Source: Pusillimonas sp. ANT_WB101 (GTDB lineage: Bacteria > Pseudomonadota > Gammaproteobacteria > Burkholderiales > Burkholderiaceae_B). From it: a stretch of DNA of 24,000 nucleotides. Below, in pieces: positions 8,221-16,687 of this stretch (position 1 is the first letter of the stretch; every line of letters begins with the position of its first letter). The stretch lies in the NCBI RefSeq assembly GCF_008369125.1, contig NZ_VOAY01000001.1:1475545-1499544 (forward strand), in the 5' to 3' direction. The notes under the pieces are model-generated. The model was given only the letters and a program-made list of their open reading frames with translations, ran no database searches and had not been told where the DNA came from. Made by a program: the position numbers and the translations under genes.

Positions 8221-11200
8221 CTACTCTGCGGTAGTGACCGCTACGGACGCAGCGTGCGTTGACACGGCATCGTCAGCCGCCCCACCAATCAATGGCAATA
8301 AGCGGGACAATACGTTTACCTGACTCATTTGGCTTACTGTGGCCACATCGGTACAAAACAAACTCTCGTTACCTACGACTACTGCCAGCGCCTGGGCACG
8401 CGAAATGGCAACATTGATGCGGTGTATATCAAAGAGAAAATCAATGCCGCGCGGCGACTCTGACGCATCGCTGGTACACAGGCTAAAAAAGACGACAGGT
8501 GCTTCTTGCCCCTGAAACTTGTCGACACTACCTACACGGGCCTGCGGCCCAAGCGCTTGCTGTAGTTTATTAACCTGGTGGTTATAAGGTGCGACAAAAA
8601 GCATGTCATCCCATGTAATGGGCCGCGTGCTGCCGTCCTTGGCAATAAACTGTCGCTGCAGACACTGCGCAGCAAGCTTGGCAATAACTTCAACCTCTTC
8701 ATCGCTGGCCTGCGTGTTTCCCTGATGTGCCATGGGCACAAAGACCACACCCGCGCTCTTGTCTAGATTACCTTCATAGCCTTCTGGCACAATAACTTGC
8801 TGTCGGTCGTTATTGGCGTCAGCCTTTAACTGGCCCTGGTAAATGGCGTGGCTAATATAGTGGTTAACGGCAGAATGCATACGAAACGTCGTATCAAGAA
8901 ACACGCCCATGTGCTCGGGAATAATCGGTGAATCATGCAGCAAATAATCGAGTATCGACAAACCACTGTCTGCCGGGTGTGAACCCTGCGACGGTTGCCC
9001 CAACTGCATTTGATCGCCCATTAACACAAGGTTTTTTGTGGCCCGGCTCATGCCCAACAGGTTGGCCACCGATACCTGCCCGGCCTCATCGATAAACAGA
9101 TAATCGAGCTGGTCCACCATCTCGTCGCGGCAAAAACCCCAGGCTGTGGTTCCAATGACGCAGCCGGGTTCCACGCATGATGCGATGGCTTCGTTCTTGG
9201 TCACTACAATGCCATTGCCCGTGACCTCAGGCCCGGTGTCTTTGGTGCAATAACACTGCACGGCAATCGCTTCCGTACGACAGTACTCGGCGACACCCAC
9301 CAACAGGTTGTTGATTGCCTTGTGGCTATTGCTGCTAATACCGATACGCTTACCTTGCTTTACCAGGTGAGCAATAATGTGTTTACCTGTGTAGGTTTTA
9401 CCCGACCCCGGTGGGCCTTGCAGGGTAAGGTAGCTGCCGTCCAGGCGCTCAACGGCGCTAATCACCTGGGCCAATCGTTCGCCAGGCTCAGACGCCGCGA
9501 CTATCGGGCCGCCATCATGCAACGAGATACGCGGCGGATCACGCCGTAAAAAAGCAAGAATGGCGGCGTCGCCCAAAACACCCTCCTCATAGCGCTTGAC
9601 CATATCGTCAATTGCCTTCTGGATGGCTCCGGGGTTCACGTACTCATCGGGTATCAGCGAGATCAGGTCACCCGGATCATTGGCAGACTGCACCACACAC
9701 AAGCCTTCTTTCAGGTTGGACATGTCCGCCAGGAACGTGACCTTGCGCAACGGCTCTTCCAATAGATACATGGACGACTGACGTGGCGTCTTGAATTCTT
9801 GATTGGGGTTGAAGCGGTATTCGTAGGCCAGATTTCTGGCTCTGGTAGTGGGCTTGAACGCTTCTCGCCCAGTACGGCGGCAGTTGGCAAGACAATCAAT
9901 ATCGTCTTCAAGCTCGTCATGACTCAAGCCCAGGCGATCAAACAAGCGCCAAAAAGTGGGCTTGCTTTCACGACGATGAAACTCAAGCATCCACGCCAGG
10001 TTCTCGGTAATACGCGCCTGATCTTCAGGTTCTGTCTCGGCTCGCGCTAATAAACGGTCACGGCGTTGGGTGCGTTCCGTGATTTCGTCGCTGGTTGGTG
10101 GTTCTATCAGCTCGAGCTGGCCGCTGTAAACAAGGCCATGAACGTGCTGCTGCTCACGCAACCAGATGGTAAGTTCTTGCGTTGAGTTGCAGTCATCAAT
10201 GTTGTAGTCGCGAATGTCTTTCAAGATGGCCGACGTTTGCCAGGTATTGCCTTCTTGCCCTTGCTGGTGCAGGTTGCGCCACTGCTCGTAAACAACGACT
10301 GAGTCTCCGCCGCTACCCACCGCTGTGTCGCGTTTGCCGCGATATAAGTGCTCAATATTCTTGATCGAATACTTGGGTTCACCAACGCGAAGGCCGCCCT
10401 TCACGATTTTGTACAAATCTATAAATACATTGTTGCGCAACAGCTGATCAACCTCGTGCTCACCAATGCCGTAACGCCCCATCAACCGCCGGCACGCGGC
10501 GATCTCATAGTTGGCGTAGTGGTAAATGTGCATGGTCGGGTCACGTAGCCAGCGCTCATACACCCAGTGGATAAAATCACTGAATGCCTGTTTTTCTTGC
10601 TCGCGGTCATGTGCCCAGAAATCCTTGAACTGGCGTTGACCGGCGTCATCCAGGTAGGTGCAGCCCCATAAATACTCAAGCCCGCCCTCATCCAGCGGAA
10701 ACCCTTCAATATCGAAAAACACATCCAGATCAGAATGCGGGGGCAACAGCACAAGCCCTGCTTCAGGTTGTTCAGGGTCTGGCGGCAGCACTTCAAACAA
10801 CGGCTTTTCTTGGCCTTGGCTGGCTAACTGAATAGCCGCCTGCGCCTTGAGTTTTGCCATGGTTTCGCTGCTGACACCGCGCACATGCTCAGCCTTTGCG
10901 TCAATGAGTTGCCGGCATGTAGAAATACCTGCCCGGTTTAGTTTTTTGACCTGAGAGCGCGAAATATTGGCTACAAGTGAAAGGTGGTCTTTATCTTGCA
11001 GTAACTGCGCGGCGTATTCAGACCATCGGCCATGGCTTTTTGAATCAGCCGGGTCAGGCATGGCTGTGGAATCAAAAGCTTCTTGCTCCGCCAGAAAGCG
11101 GGCCTTTAGGGCCAGGTAATAGTAGAAGTAGTTTTCGGTCTTCAGGCGCATGCATTCTTGATTACCCAGAGCAACCACAATGTGGTCGGCACGCCGCCCT

Positions 11201-11706
11201 TGCAAGGCCTGGAGCATTTCTACATAACAGCAAAGCTGAACTACAAAATACGGCTTAACCGAGGACGCCAGCTTGGTGTCCCACACTTCGTAATGGTAAT
11301 CGCCTAACGTGCTGGCGCCAGCCACCTTAACCAGAAAATCGGCATGGCCTCTAAACGGCGGCAACTGCAATACAGCCTGATAGATAACATCAGCGCCAGA
11401 CTGCATGGCTTCATGGGTTGCCTGCAGTTTTACAGCGATATTTTTGTTGGCACCGTCGCCCACACTACCTATATCAACAACCCGGAGGCCTTGGGCCTGA
11501 AACTGGCCCAACAGCCCACTTTCATGAACCAGCCCTTTTTCAGCCAGCATGGTATTCAGGGCATCATCCTCATCCCGCTGTGGTGCATCTTGCGGACACT
11601 CCAGTGCCCATCGCGTCATCCACGAGGCGAATGGGCTAGCCATGAAGGTGGTCAAATCGCTTGGGGAGAAAACGAGGTCTTGCTGGTTTCTATACATATA
11701 TGGCAC
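8221..11706 (-). CDS. TM0106-family RecB-like nuclease fused to RNase H-like domain and SF1 (UPF1/Dna2-like) helicase
   Basis: 1161 aa. RecB-like: HADFLVKV...YHYEVWDTKLASSVKPYFVVQLCCYVEM. DxE RNase H-like: DVFFDIEGFPLDEGG...LYKIVKGG. Helicase: Walker A LQGPPGSGKTYTGK, Walker B DYLFIDEAGQVS, GDQMQLGQPSQG, VDKFQGQEAPVVFFS, NVAISRAQALAVVVG. Confidence 0.88.
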   Translation of the reverse strand: MPYMYRNQQDLVFSPSDLTTFMASPFASWMTRWALECPQDAPQRDEDDALNTMLAEKGLVHESGLLGQFQAQGLRVVDIGSVGDGANKNIAVKLQATHEAMQSGADVIYQAVLQLPPFRGHADFLVKVAGASTLGDYHYEVWDTKLASSVKPYFVVQLCCYVEMLQALQGRRADHIVVALGNQECMRLKTENYFYYYLALKARFLAEQEAFDSTAMPDPADSKSHGRWSEYAAQLLQDKDHLSLVANISRSQVKKLNRAGISTCRQLIDAKAEHVRGVSSETMAKLKAQAAIQLASQGQEKPLFEVLPPDPEQPEAGLVLLPPHSDLDVFFDIEGFPLDEGGLEYLWGCTYLDDAGQRQFKDFWAHDREQEKQAFSDFIHWVYERWLRDPTMHIYHYANYEIAACRRLMGRYGIGEHEVDQLLRNNVFIDLYKIVKGGLRVGEPKYSIKNIEHLYRGKRDTAVGSGGDSVVVYEQWRNLHQQGQEGNTWQTSAILKDIRDYNIDDCNSTQELTIWLREQQHVHGLVYSGQLELIEPPTSDEITERTQRRDRLLARAETEPEDQARITENLAWMLEFHRRESKPTFWRLFDRLGLSHDELEDDIDCLANCRRTGREAFKPTTRARNLAYEYRFNPNQEFKTPRQSSMYLLEEPLRKVTFLADMSNLKEGLCVVQSANDPGDLISLIPDEYVNPGAIQKAIDDMVKRYEEGVLGDAAILAFLRRDPPRISLHDGGPIVAASEPGERLAQVISAVERLDGSYLTLQGPPGSGKTYTGKHIIAHLVKQGKRIGISSNSHKAINNLLVGVAEYCRTEAIAVQCYCTKDTGPEVTGNGIVVTKNEAIASCVEPGCVIGTTAWGFCRDEMVDQLDYLFIDEAGQVSVANLLGMSRATKNLVLMGDQMQLGQPSQGSHPADSGLSILDYLLHDSPIIPEHMGVFLDTTFRMHSAVNHYISHAIYQGQLKADANNDRQQVIVPEGYEGNLDKSAGVVFVPMAHQGNTQASDEEVEVIAKLAAQCLQRQFIAKDGSTRPITWDDMLFVAPYNHQVNKLQQALGPQARVGSVDKFQGQEAPVVFFSLCTSDASESPRGIDFLFDIHRINVAISRAQALAVVVGNESLFCTDVATVSQMSQVNVLSRLLPLIGGAADDAVSTHAASVAVTTAE

Positions 11707-11859
11707 ATACCGCTACGCGTATGTGGAAGACAGTCAGGAGCGAATGCCTTACCGACACTTCAATTGGGAGGCATGCCCGAGAAAAATGAGCGTCACCTTG
11801 TCACTTTGGTCGGTGATACAGACGAAAACACCAACGATGGGAGCGATCAATACCTCACT

Positions 11860-12171
11860 CTAGCGCGGGCAATCAAAATTATAGGTGCCTACGGGCTTGC
11901 CATTTTCGGCGAACTTTAGCTCAATTTGGCACTTGTCTTCGTTGCTGACACTTATCGAAAAGCGCGACAAGGCCGTTGCCTGGTTTGCCACCACCTGCAC
12001 CCCACCACTTTGGCTTACTTGCGACGAGCCACCGCGACCTTCTTTTTTGGCATTTAGCGCGTACTCAAGCTTGCCACTTTTGTCGCTTTTAACGTAGGGA
12101 ATAACCACGCTTGGATGCGTGTCAGGTACGGTTTCGAGCCAAACCTGTAGATTGAAGTCAGCCACCATCAT
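11860..12171 (-). CDS. csgH: Curli-associated chaperone CsgH-like protein
   Basis: 103 aa; VWLE...KKEGRGGSSQVSQSGGVQVVANQATALSRFSISVSNEDKCQIELKFAENGKPVG resembles the beta-sandwich CsgH pattern. It lies next to curli genes. AGGAG is spaced 6 nt from the ATG. Confidence 0.6.
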   Translation of the reverse strand: MMVADFNLQVWLETVPDTHPSVVIPYVKSDKSGKLEYALNAKKEGRGGSSQVSQSGGVQVVANQATALSRFSISVSNEDKCQIELKFAENGKPVGTYNFDCPR

Positions 12172-12310
12172 TATGTGCTCCTGAAAACATTACTTTAGTT
12201 TATTTCAATTAGGGACGGTGCTCTATTGGAACGTGTTCCGTGCATGATGAACGCGATGCCGTATGGGGCGGGTGAAGATCGCCCCCCCGTCCTGTGAAAA
12301 AAGAAAAAAA

Positions 12311-12337
12311 GGGAGTGCGCCACTGCGGCACACTCCC
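12311..12337 (-). terminator. Rho-independent-type terminator after curli copy B csgA-like gene
   Basis: GGGAGTG...CACTCCC stem, with a poly-A run on the plus strand (12301-12310), i.e. a T-tract in the minus transcript. Confidence 0.8.
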
Positions 12338-12367
12338 TCTCCTACTACATCATTACATAAGAATAGC

Positions 12368-13540
12368 TTACATCTGAATGGCTGTAGCGACGTTGCCATT
12401 ACCACTTTGAGTGACGGTGGCTACGCCTGAAACAGTAGTACTCGACTGGGAGACATAAGCTGCATTCAAGTTGCCCGACTGCATTACATTAGCTGTCTGA
12501 ATGATGCCTGCGCCATTACCCGACTGATTAACGACAGCCAGCTCAAGAAAGCCAGACTGTGTCACATTAGCGATATGGCCTTTACCACCCTGTGTGATGA
12601 ACGCTGCCTCAAGGCTACCGGACTGGATCACATTGGCTTGAAGTACAGCACCACTTTGATCGACGTGCGCGGTGTTCAAAGCGCCCGACTGTGTCACATT
12701 AGCGTCATTGTAGCTGCCGACCTGCGAGACATTAGCTGTATTGCCAAAGCCTGATTGGATGACAGTAGCCGTCTCCATCGACCCGCGCTGGTAGATATCG
12801 GCTGTATGGCGCGCGCCTGACTGATCTATAGTGGCGGTTTTAGGAAGGTTAGAACCTACCTGAGTGATCGAAGAAGAGTCGTGATCGCCGGTATCCGTAA
12901 TGGAAGCGGTGTTATAGCCTTGCGACGGGTTAAATTGTGCGCTCTGATCAATGATGGCATTGCCATTTGTGGCGCCATTTTGTTCAATCGTTGCCGTTTG
13001 ATAAGAGCCGACTTGGGTGATGGAGGCATTGTTGTCGCTACCGTAACCACCGTAAGAGTTGGCATTGATCGTGGCGACTAGCTTAGTACCGTCCTGCTGG
13101 CTGATGGTACCTGTATTTGAATTACCGTTTTGATAAATCAAACCATAAACGCCAGGATCGCTGCCAGCAGGTGCGCCGACATTGCTCTGGGTTATGCTCC
13201 CTGTGTTGCGGCTACCCCAATTGGTGATATGCCCCTGTGCACCATTGCCATTATCGACTTGGGTGATTGAGCTTGTGTTGCGGTTGGCACCAGGAAGCTC
13301 ATTTATGACAGCGTTCGCGAAGCTAACGTTACCGTCTTGACCGATTGTGCCGGTGTTGCGGTTGCCCTGTTGGTTGATGGTCGCTGTGTTATTTCCCAAG
13401 TGCGAATTTTCCTGCTGGGCGGTAGCAGTATTCAGCGATCCTGGCTGGTCGATGACGATGCTGGAGCTGGCGGCCATTGATGTGCCGGCACCAAAGGCGA
13501 GGGTCAGGCCCAGCGCCAGAGCTGATAAATTGGTTTTCAT
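12368..13540 (-). CDS. csgA: Major curlin (CsgA-like), curli copy B
   Basis: Start MKTNLSALALGLTLAFGAGTSMAA, then many curlin units such as ASITQVGSYQTATIEQNG, ANVTQSGALNTAHVDQSG and ATVTQSGNGNVATAIQ. Confidence 0.85.
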   Translation of the reverse strand: MKTNLSALALGLTLAFGAGTSMAASSSIVIDQPGSLNTATAQQENSHLGNNTATINQQGNRNTGTIGQDGNVSFANAVINELPGANRNTSSITQVDNGNGAQGHITNWGSRNTGSITQSNVGAPAGSDPGVYGLIYQNGNSNTGTISQQDGTKLVATINANSYGGYGSDNNASITQVGSYQTATIEQNGATNGNAIIDQSAQFNPSQGYNTASITDTGDHDSSSITQVGSNLPKTATIDQSGARHTADIYQRGSMETATVIQSGFGNTANVSQVGSYNDANVTQSGALNTAHVDQSGAVLQANVIQSGSLEAAFITQGGKGHIANVTQSGFLELAVVNQSGNGAGIIQTANVMQSGNLNAAYVSQSSTTVSGVATVTQSGNGNVATAIQM

Positions 13541-13606
13541 AATGTTATCTCTCGCTATAAGTGTAGGCCGAAAATAAAGAAGCAACCCAGTGGCCATTAG
13601 GCTAGG

Positions 13607-14140
13607 TTACGGTTGAACAACTGTGAAAGAGCCACCAAAACCGATCTGCGTAACAGCGATGGTTTGGTTTCCCAACTGCGTAATATCGATTTGATTGTGG
13701 CCGCCAATTTGTGCGGCGGCGGCGGTGTTTCCGCCGTTGTTCTGATTAATATTGATTTGGTTTTGGAAACCCATCTGGCCGGTGGCCGCCAGATTTCCAT
13801 CCCCATTTTGAGTAATGCGTGCCGAGTTATCGGCGCCGAACAATTGCACGACTGCTGCCATGTTGTCAGAACCATTCTGCAGAATCTGTGCTTCGCTATT
13901 GACGCTCGCAGATGTTTGCAGAATCCGTGCATGCTGGTTGGCACCGCTGCCCTGGGTAATTAACGCCTTGTTCACCTGGCCACTTTGGGATATGGTTGCG
14001 GTCGAACTGTTGGTGCCGGAAAGCTCGCTGGGTGCCAGATCCATCATCGAACCCAGATCAGAGGCATAGGCGCCCGACGCGAGCACGCAAACACTTGCCA
14101 CAAGCGCTAAACGAATACGTTGAATACGTTTGTTATTCAT
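13607..14140 (-). CDS. csgB: Minor curlin / nucleator (CsgB-like), curli copy B
   Basis: 177 aa with a signal peptide and repeats ATISQSGQVNKALITQGSGANQHARILQ...ININQNNGGNTAAAAQIGGHNQIDITQLGNQTIAVTQ. Confidence 0.8.
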   Translation of the reverse strand: MNNKRIQRIRLALVASVCVLASGAYASDLGSMMDLAPSELSGTNSSTATISQSGQVNKALITQGSGANQHARILQTSASVNSEAQILQNGSDNMAAVVQLFGADNSARITQNGDGNLAATGQMGFQNQININQNNGGNTAAAAQIGGHNQIDITQLGNQTIAVTQIGFGGSFTVVQP

Positions 14141-15108
14141 GGATTACTCCAGGAAAGAGATTTGTAGTCAGCAGCAGCGAAATCAGTTCCGTTGGCTGCC
14201 CCGCTTACGGTCTTCGACGGAACTTCCTCTACATAGGTGCTCTCTTTATTCAAATAATGCTGAATAACAGGGTTGTCCCAGTCTTGCGGGTTCTTCAGTA
14301 CCCACAAATTGTCTTTAACGCCACCCACGATTAAGTGCGCAACTGCCGCTTCAACCGCTTCTTGCACGCACAGCTGCGCGGGCTCGTTGCTGGTAATGCC
14401 GCCTTCAATTTGAAGCAAGTCGTTGAAGTTCACGAACTTGAAGACGCTAGGATGTATCTCGTAGGAATAGATGGTTTTGGTAGTGGAAACGCTTTGCAAA
14501 ACCTCGCCGGTATTGACGTCAACGCTGCGCAAATTAATGCCCACCTGATCCACCCGGTACTGCGCCGATGCACCTACGCCCAAGAACTGCGCACCCAGGC
14601 CCCCCGTGCGAACGTTGCTGTCGTACGAAACAATTCCACCATTAAGCACAATGGAAGCTGGCATAAGGTTAGGAACCCTGACCTTAGACTGCCCATTGCC
14701 GGAGTCCTCGTCATCGATGGCCCGTATCACACGTCTTTCGGTAAGCAGCGACTGCAGATCTTCGCGCTCAACCGGAATAAACCAGCCTGAATCCTTAAGC
14801 GCCTTGATCAGCATAGAGCCAGCGCCTTGCGTGACTGCCGTGGAAAAGGCACTTTCTGGTGAGGGCTTGTACTGCCCGGTCTGATCACGAAAGCCATATA
14901 CAGCCACAACCACCTTGCCTTTGGGCGGAGGAAACTCCAGCAGATCGCGGGTCGCTTTGGTGGGCGGCGTTAAGTGCGCCTCGTTGTGGGTGCCGGAGGG
15001 CGGTACATAAGCGCACGCTCCCAGTAAAACACTTGCCAGTGTGCAGGCAATAGCTACTTTCGTGCGACGGTGCCACGCTGGTGCTTGGGGTGAGTTGTGT
15101 AATTTCAT
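14137..15108 (-). CDS. csgG: Curli secretion lipoprotein CsgG, copy B
   Basis: Lipobox LLGAC. CsgG core: VVVAVYGFRDQTGQYKPSP, STAVTQGAGSMLIKALKDSGWFIPVERE.L..LLTERR, NGGIVSYDSNVRTGGLGAQFLGVG..AQYRVDQV. Confidence 0.97.
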   Translation of the reverse strand: MKLHNSPQAPAWHRRTKVAIACTLASVLLGACAYVPPSGTHNEAHLTPPTKATRDLLEFPPPKGKVVVAVYGFRDQTGQYKPSPESAFSTAVTQGAGSMLIKALKDSGWFIPVEREDLQSLLTERRVIRAIDDEDSGNGQSKVRVPNLMPASIVLNGGIVSYDSNVRTGGLGAQFLGVGASAQYRVDQVGINLRSVDVNTGEVLQSVSTTKTIYSYEIHPSVFKFVNFNDLLQIEGGITSNEPAQLCVQEAVEAAVAHLIVGGVKDNLWVLKNPQDWDNPVIQHYLNKESTYVEEVPSKTVSGAANGTDFAAADYKSLSWSNP

Positions 15109-15578
15109 TATTGACCAAACGTGGAAGAGGAAACCTGAAAGGAGGTCGACTGACCCGTCGTTTTATCGGTCGTCGTAATGGTCAGCAACCCGCTACCCGC
15201 GTCTGCCACAACAATCGTGAAGCTTTCCGTATTCACCGTGCCAGGGATCAGATTGCCACTGTTGTCAAATAACTGTGAAGTCGCTGCGGCCGAAATACGG
15301 CTAAGCATGGATTGCTCCAGCGTCTGATTGAATCGATCTAAAGCCGTTTGTTGGCCCAGCTCCGACTTACCCAGATCTCGCGAAGGCGGCTCGTGCTTGT
15401 TTTGTGCCTGAGCGCTGCCCAGAAGGTAATTACCGTTAAGCGGGTTACCGCCAAAACTAGGGTTCACCGGCGTGTAAATGAGCTGCCCGGCACCGGCTGC
15501 CGAAGCAAGCGTAATCGCTGCGGTGGCCGTCAGGACGCGGACTAATCCAGCGCCATGTTTAATGATTAATATGTTCAC
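15108..15578 (-). CDS. csgF: Curli assembly factor CsgF, copy B
   Basis: LIYTPVNPSFGGNPLNGNYLLGSAQAQN and SSFQVSSSTFGQ are CsgF signatures. GTG start. Confidence 0.93.
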   Translation of the reverse strand: MNILIIKHGAGLVRVLTATAAITLASAAGAGQLIYTPVNPSFGGNPLNGNYLLGSAQAQNKHEPPSRDLGKSELGQQTALDRFNQTLEQSMLSRISAAATSQLFDNSGNLIPGTVNTESFTIVVADAGSGLLTITTTDKTTGQSTSFQVSSSTFGQ

Positions 15579-16046
15579 TTACATTTCCTCTGGACCCAGG
15601 TCAGGGCTTTTGAATAGCCTGAGCTGTATGTTTAGATTGACGATATTTTTATAGGCGATGGCAACCGCCTCTTTGGCGGCTTCTTTCACGCCAGACCGCG
15701 CTGGCGCAAGAAACGTATGGAAAACACGTTGATCCCTGTAGCTCACCCACATCTCACTACCGTACTGAGGGGTGGCTCGTTCATAAATCGTGATCGTGAA
15801 CTTAGAGTCGGGATACAAAGTTTGCCAACGTTCGGAAAAGCTCTTGTAGAAATCCCACCCCAGAACCGTCATGGTTCGGTTAATAATGATCCCGCCCAGC
15901 GGATCTTTATTGATTTCGCCAGAATCACGGACTACGCCGTTATCCCCAGGCCCGAGCTTAGCTGGTGCCTTCGCGAGTGCGCTCTGACATATCAGGACAG
16001 ACACGATCAAGACGAGCGGTATTCCAAATCGCTGCACCTTAACCAC
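15579..16046 (-). CDS. csgE: Curli assembly factor CsgE, copy B
   Basis: DPLGGIIINRTMTVLGWDFYKSFSERW...FTITIYERATPQYGSEMWVSY...VFHTFLAPARSG is characteristic of CsgE. Confidence 0.93.
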   Translation of the reverse strand: MVKVQRFGIPLVLIVSVLICQSALAKAPAKLGPGDNGVVRDSGEINKDPLGGIIINRTMTVLGWDFYKSFSERWQTLYPDSKFTITIYERATPQYGSEMWVSYRDQRVFHTFLAPARSGVKEAAKEAVAIAYKNIVNLNIQLRLFKSPDLGPEEM

Positions 16047-16478
16047 TCCATGACCAACGTCGCCAACAAAGGCGTCGGGTAATGTGTTCCGACATGTATT
16101 CCCCTAATTTTTATGCGCTAACTTGCTAATTCGTGTTTGATGCTTAATGTAAGCAATTGAACGCAAATTTAAGATAGGCTTTAAGTCGGCTATTAATAGA
16201 GAGCGATATGTGTTAATGAAAAATGCCTGGTTCATACTGAATAAAAACACTCGACAGACGAGGCTACAGCCGTAGGAAATAGTCTGATCGTCTCTACTGA
16301 AAAAACATATAACTGCTAAAACCGCCTATTTATGGCATAAAACACACAAATATAGGCCTTTCACCTTTGTTTTTTGCTTATGATGTCGTTGAAGAAAAGC
16401 CCTCTTTTCTGTCATCAACTAGTAACGCTTCGACTCAGAATGATCGTATTTGTCTGGCCAATATCGCTTATCCGCCAT

Positions 16479-16492
16479 ATGGCCTAGGCCAT
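16479..16492. promoter_or_regulatory. 14-bp perfect palindrome ATGGCCTAGGCCAT, overlapping a second palindrome GCCATATGGC (16474-16483)
   Basis: Directly read in the ~640 bp spacer between the two curli operons. A regulatory role is inference. Confidence 0.35.
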
Positions 16493-16630
16493 TAATAAAA
16501 ATTAACGAGATTTAACCTTTACTACGTATTTTGATAAAAACACTGTAAGCACGGCGTAACGCATTCAATCTGTAATTAGGTCTGATGATCGTCAATTCCT
16601 GTCTTTCTTCTGATCGACAAGAGGAAAAAA

Positions 16631-16653
16631 GGGTGTACCGTTGCGATACACCC
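16631..16653 (-). terminator. Rho-independent-type terminator after curli copy A csgA-like gene
   Basis: GGGTGTA-ccgttgcga-TACACCC stem with A6 on the plus strand (16625-16630), i.e. a T-tract in the minus transcript. Confidence 0.85.
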
Positions 16654-16687
16654 TCGTTTTCCTGTTACGCCGTTACAGCGGTACAGA

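Noticed and set aside
8221-11706. Treating the nuclease-helicase as part of a multi-gene phage defence system
   Set aside because: No adjacent methyltransferase, toxin, sensor or other effector genes. Neighbours are envelope-related, so only the single protein is reported.
11344-11919. 191-aa plus-strand ORF spanning the 5' end of the helicase gene and the end of csgH
   Set aside because: It overlaps two well-supported minus-strand genes, has low-complexity or odd composition and no recognisable domain or ribosome site.
14335-14790. 151-aa plus-strand ORF
   Set aside because: It is entirely antisense to csgG copy B. A similar antisense ORF (18622-18981) occurs in csgG copy A because the sense sequence is conserved. 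It looks like an artefact of GC-rich coding, not a gene.
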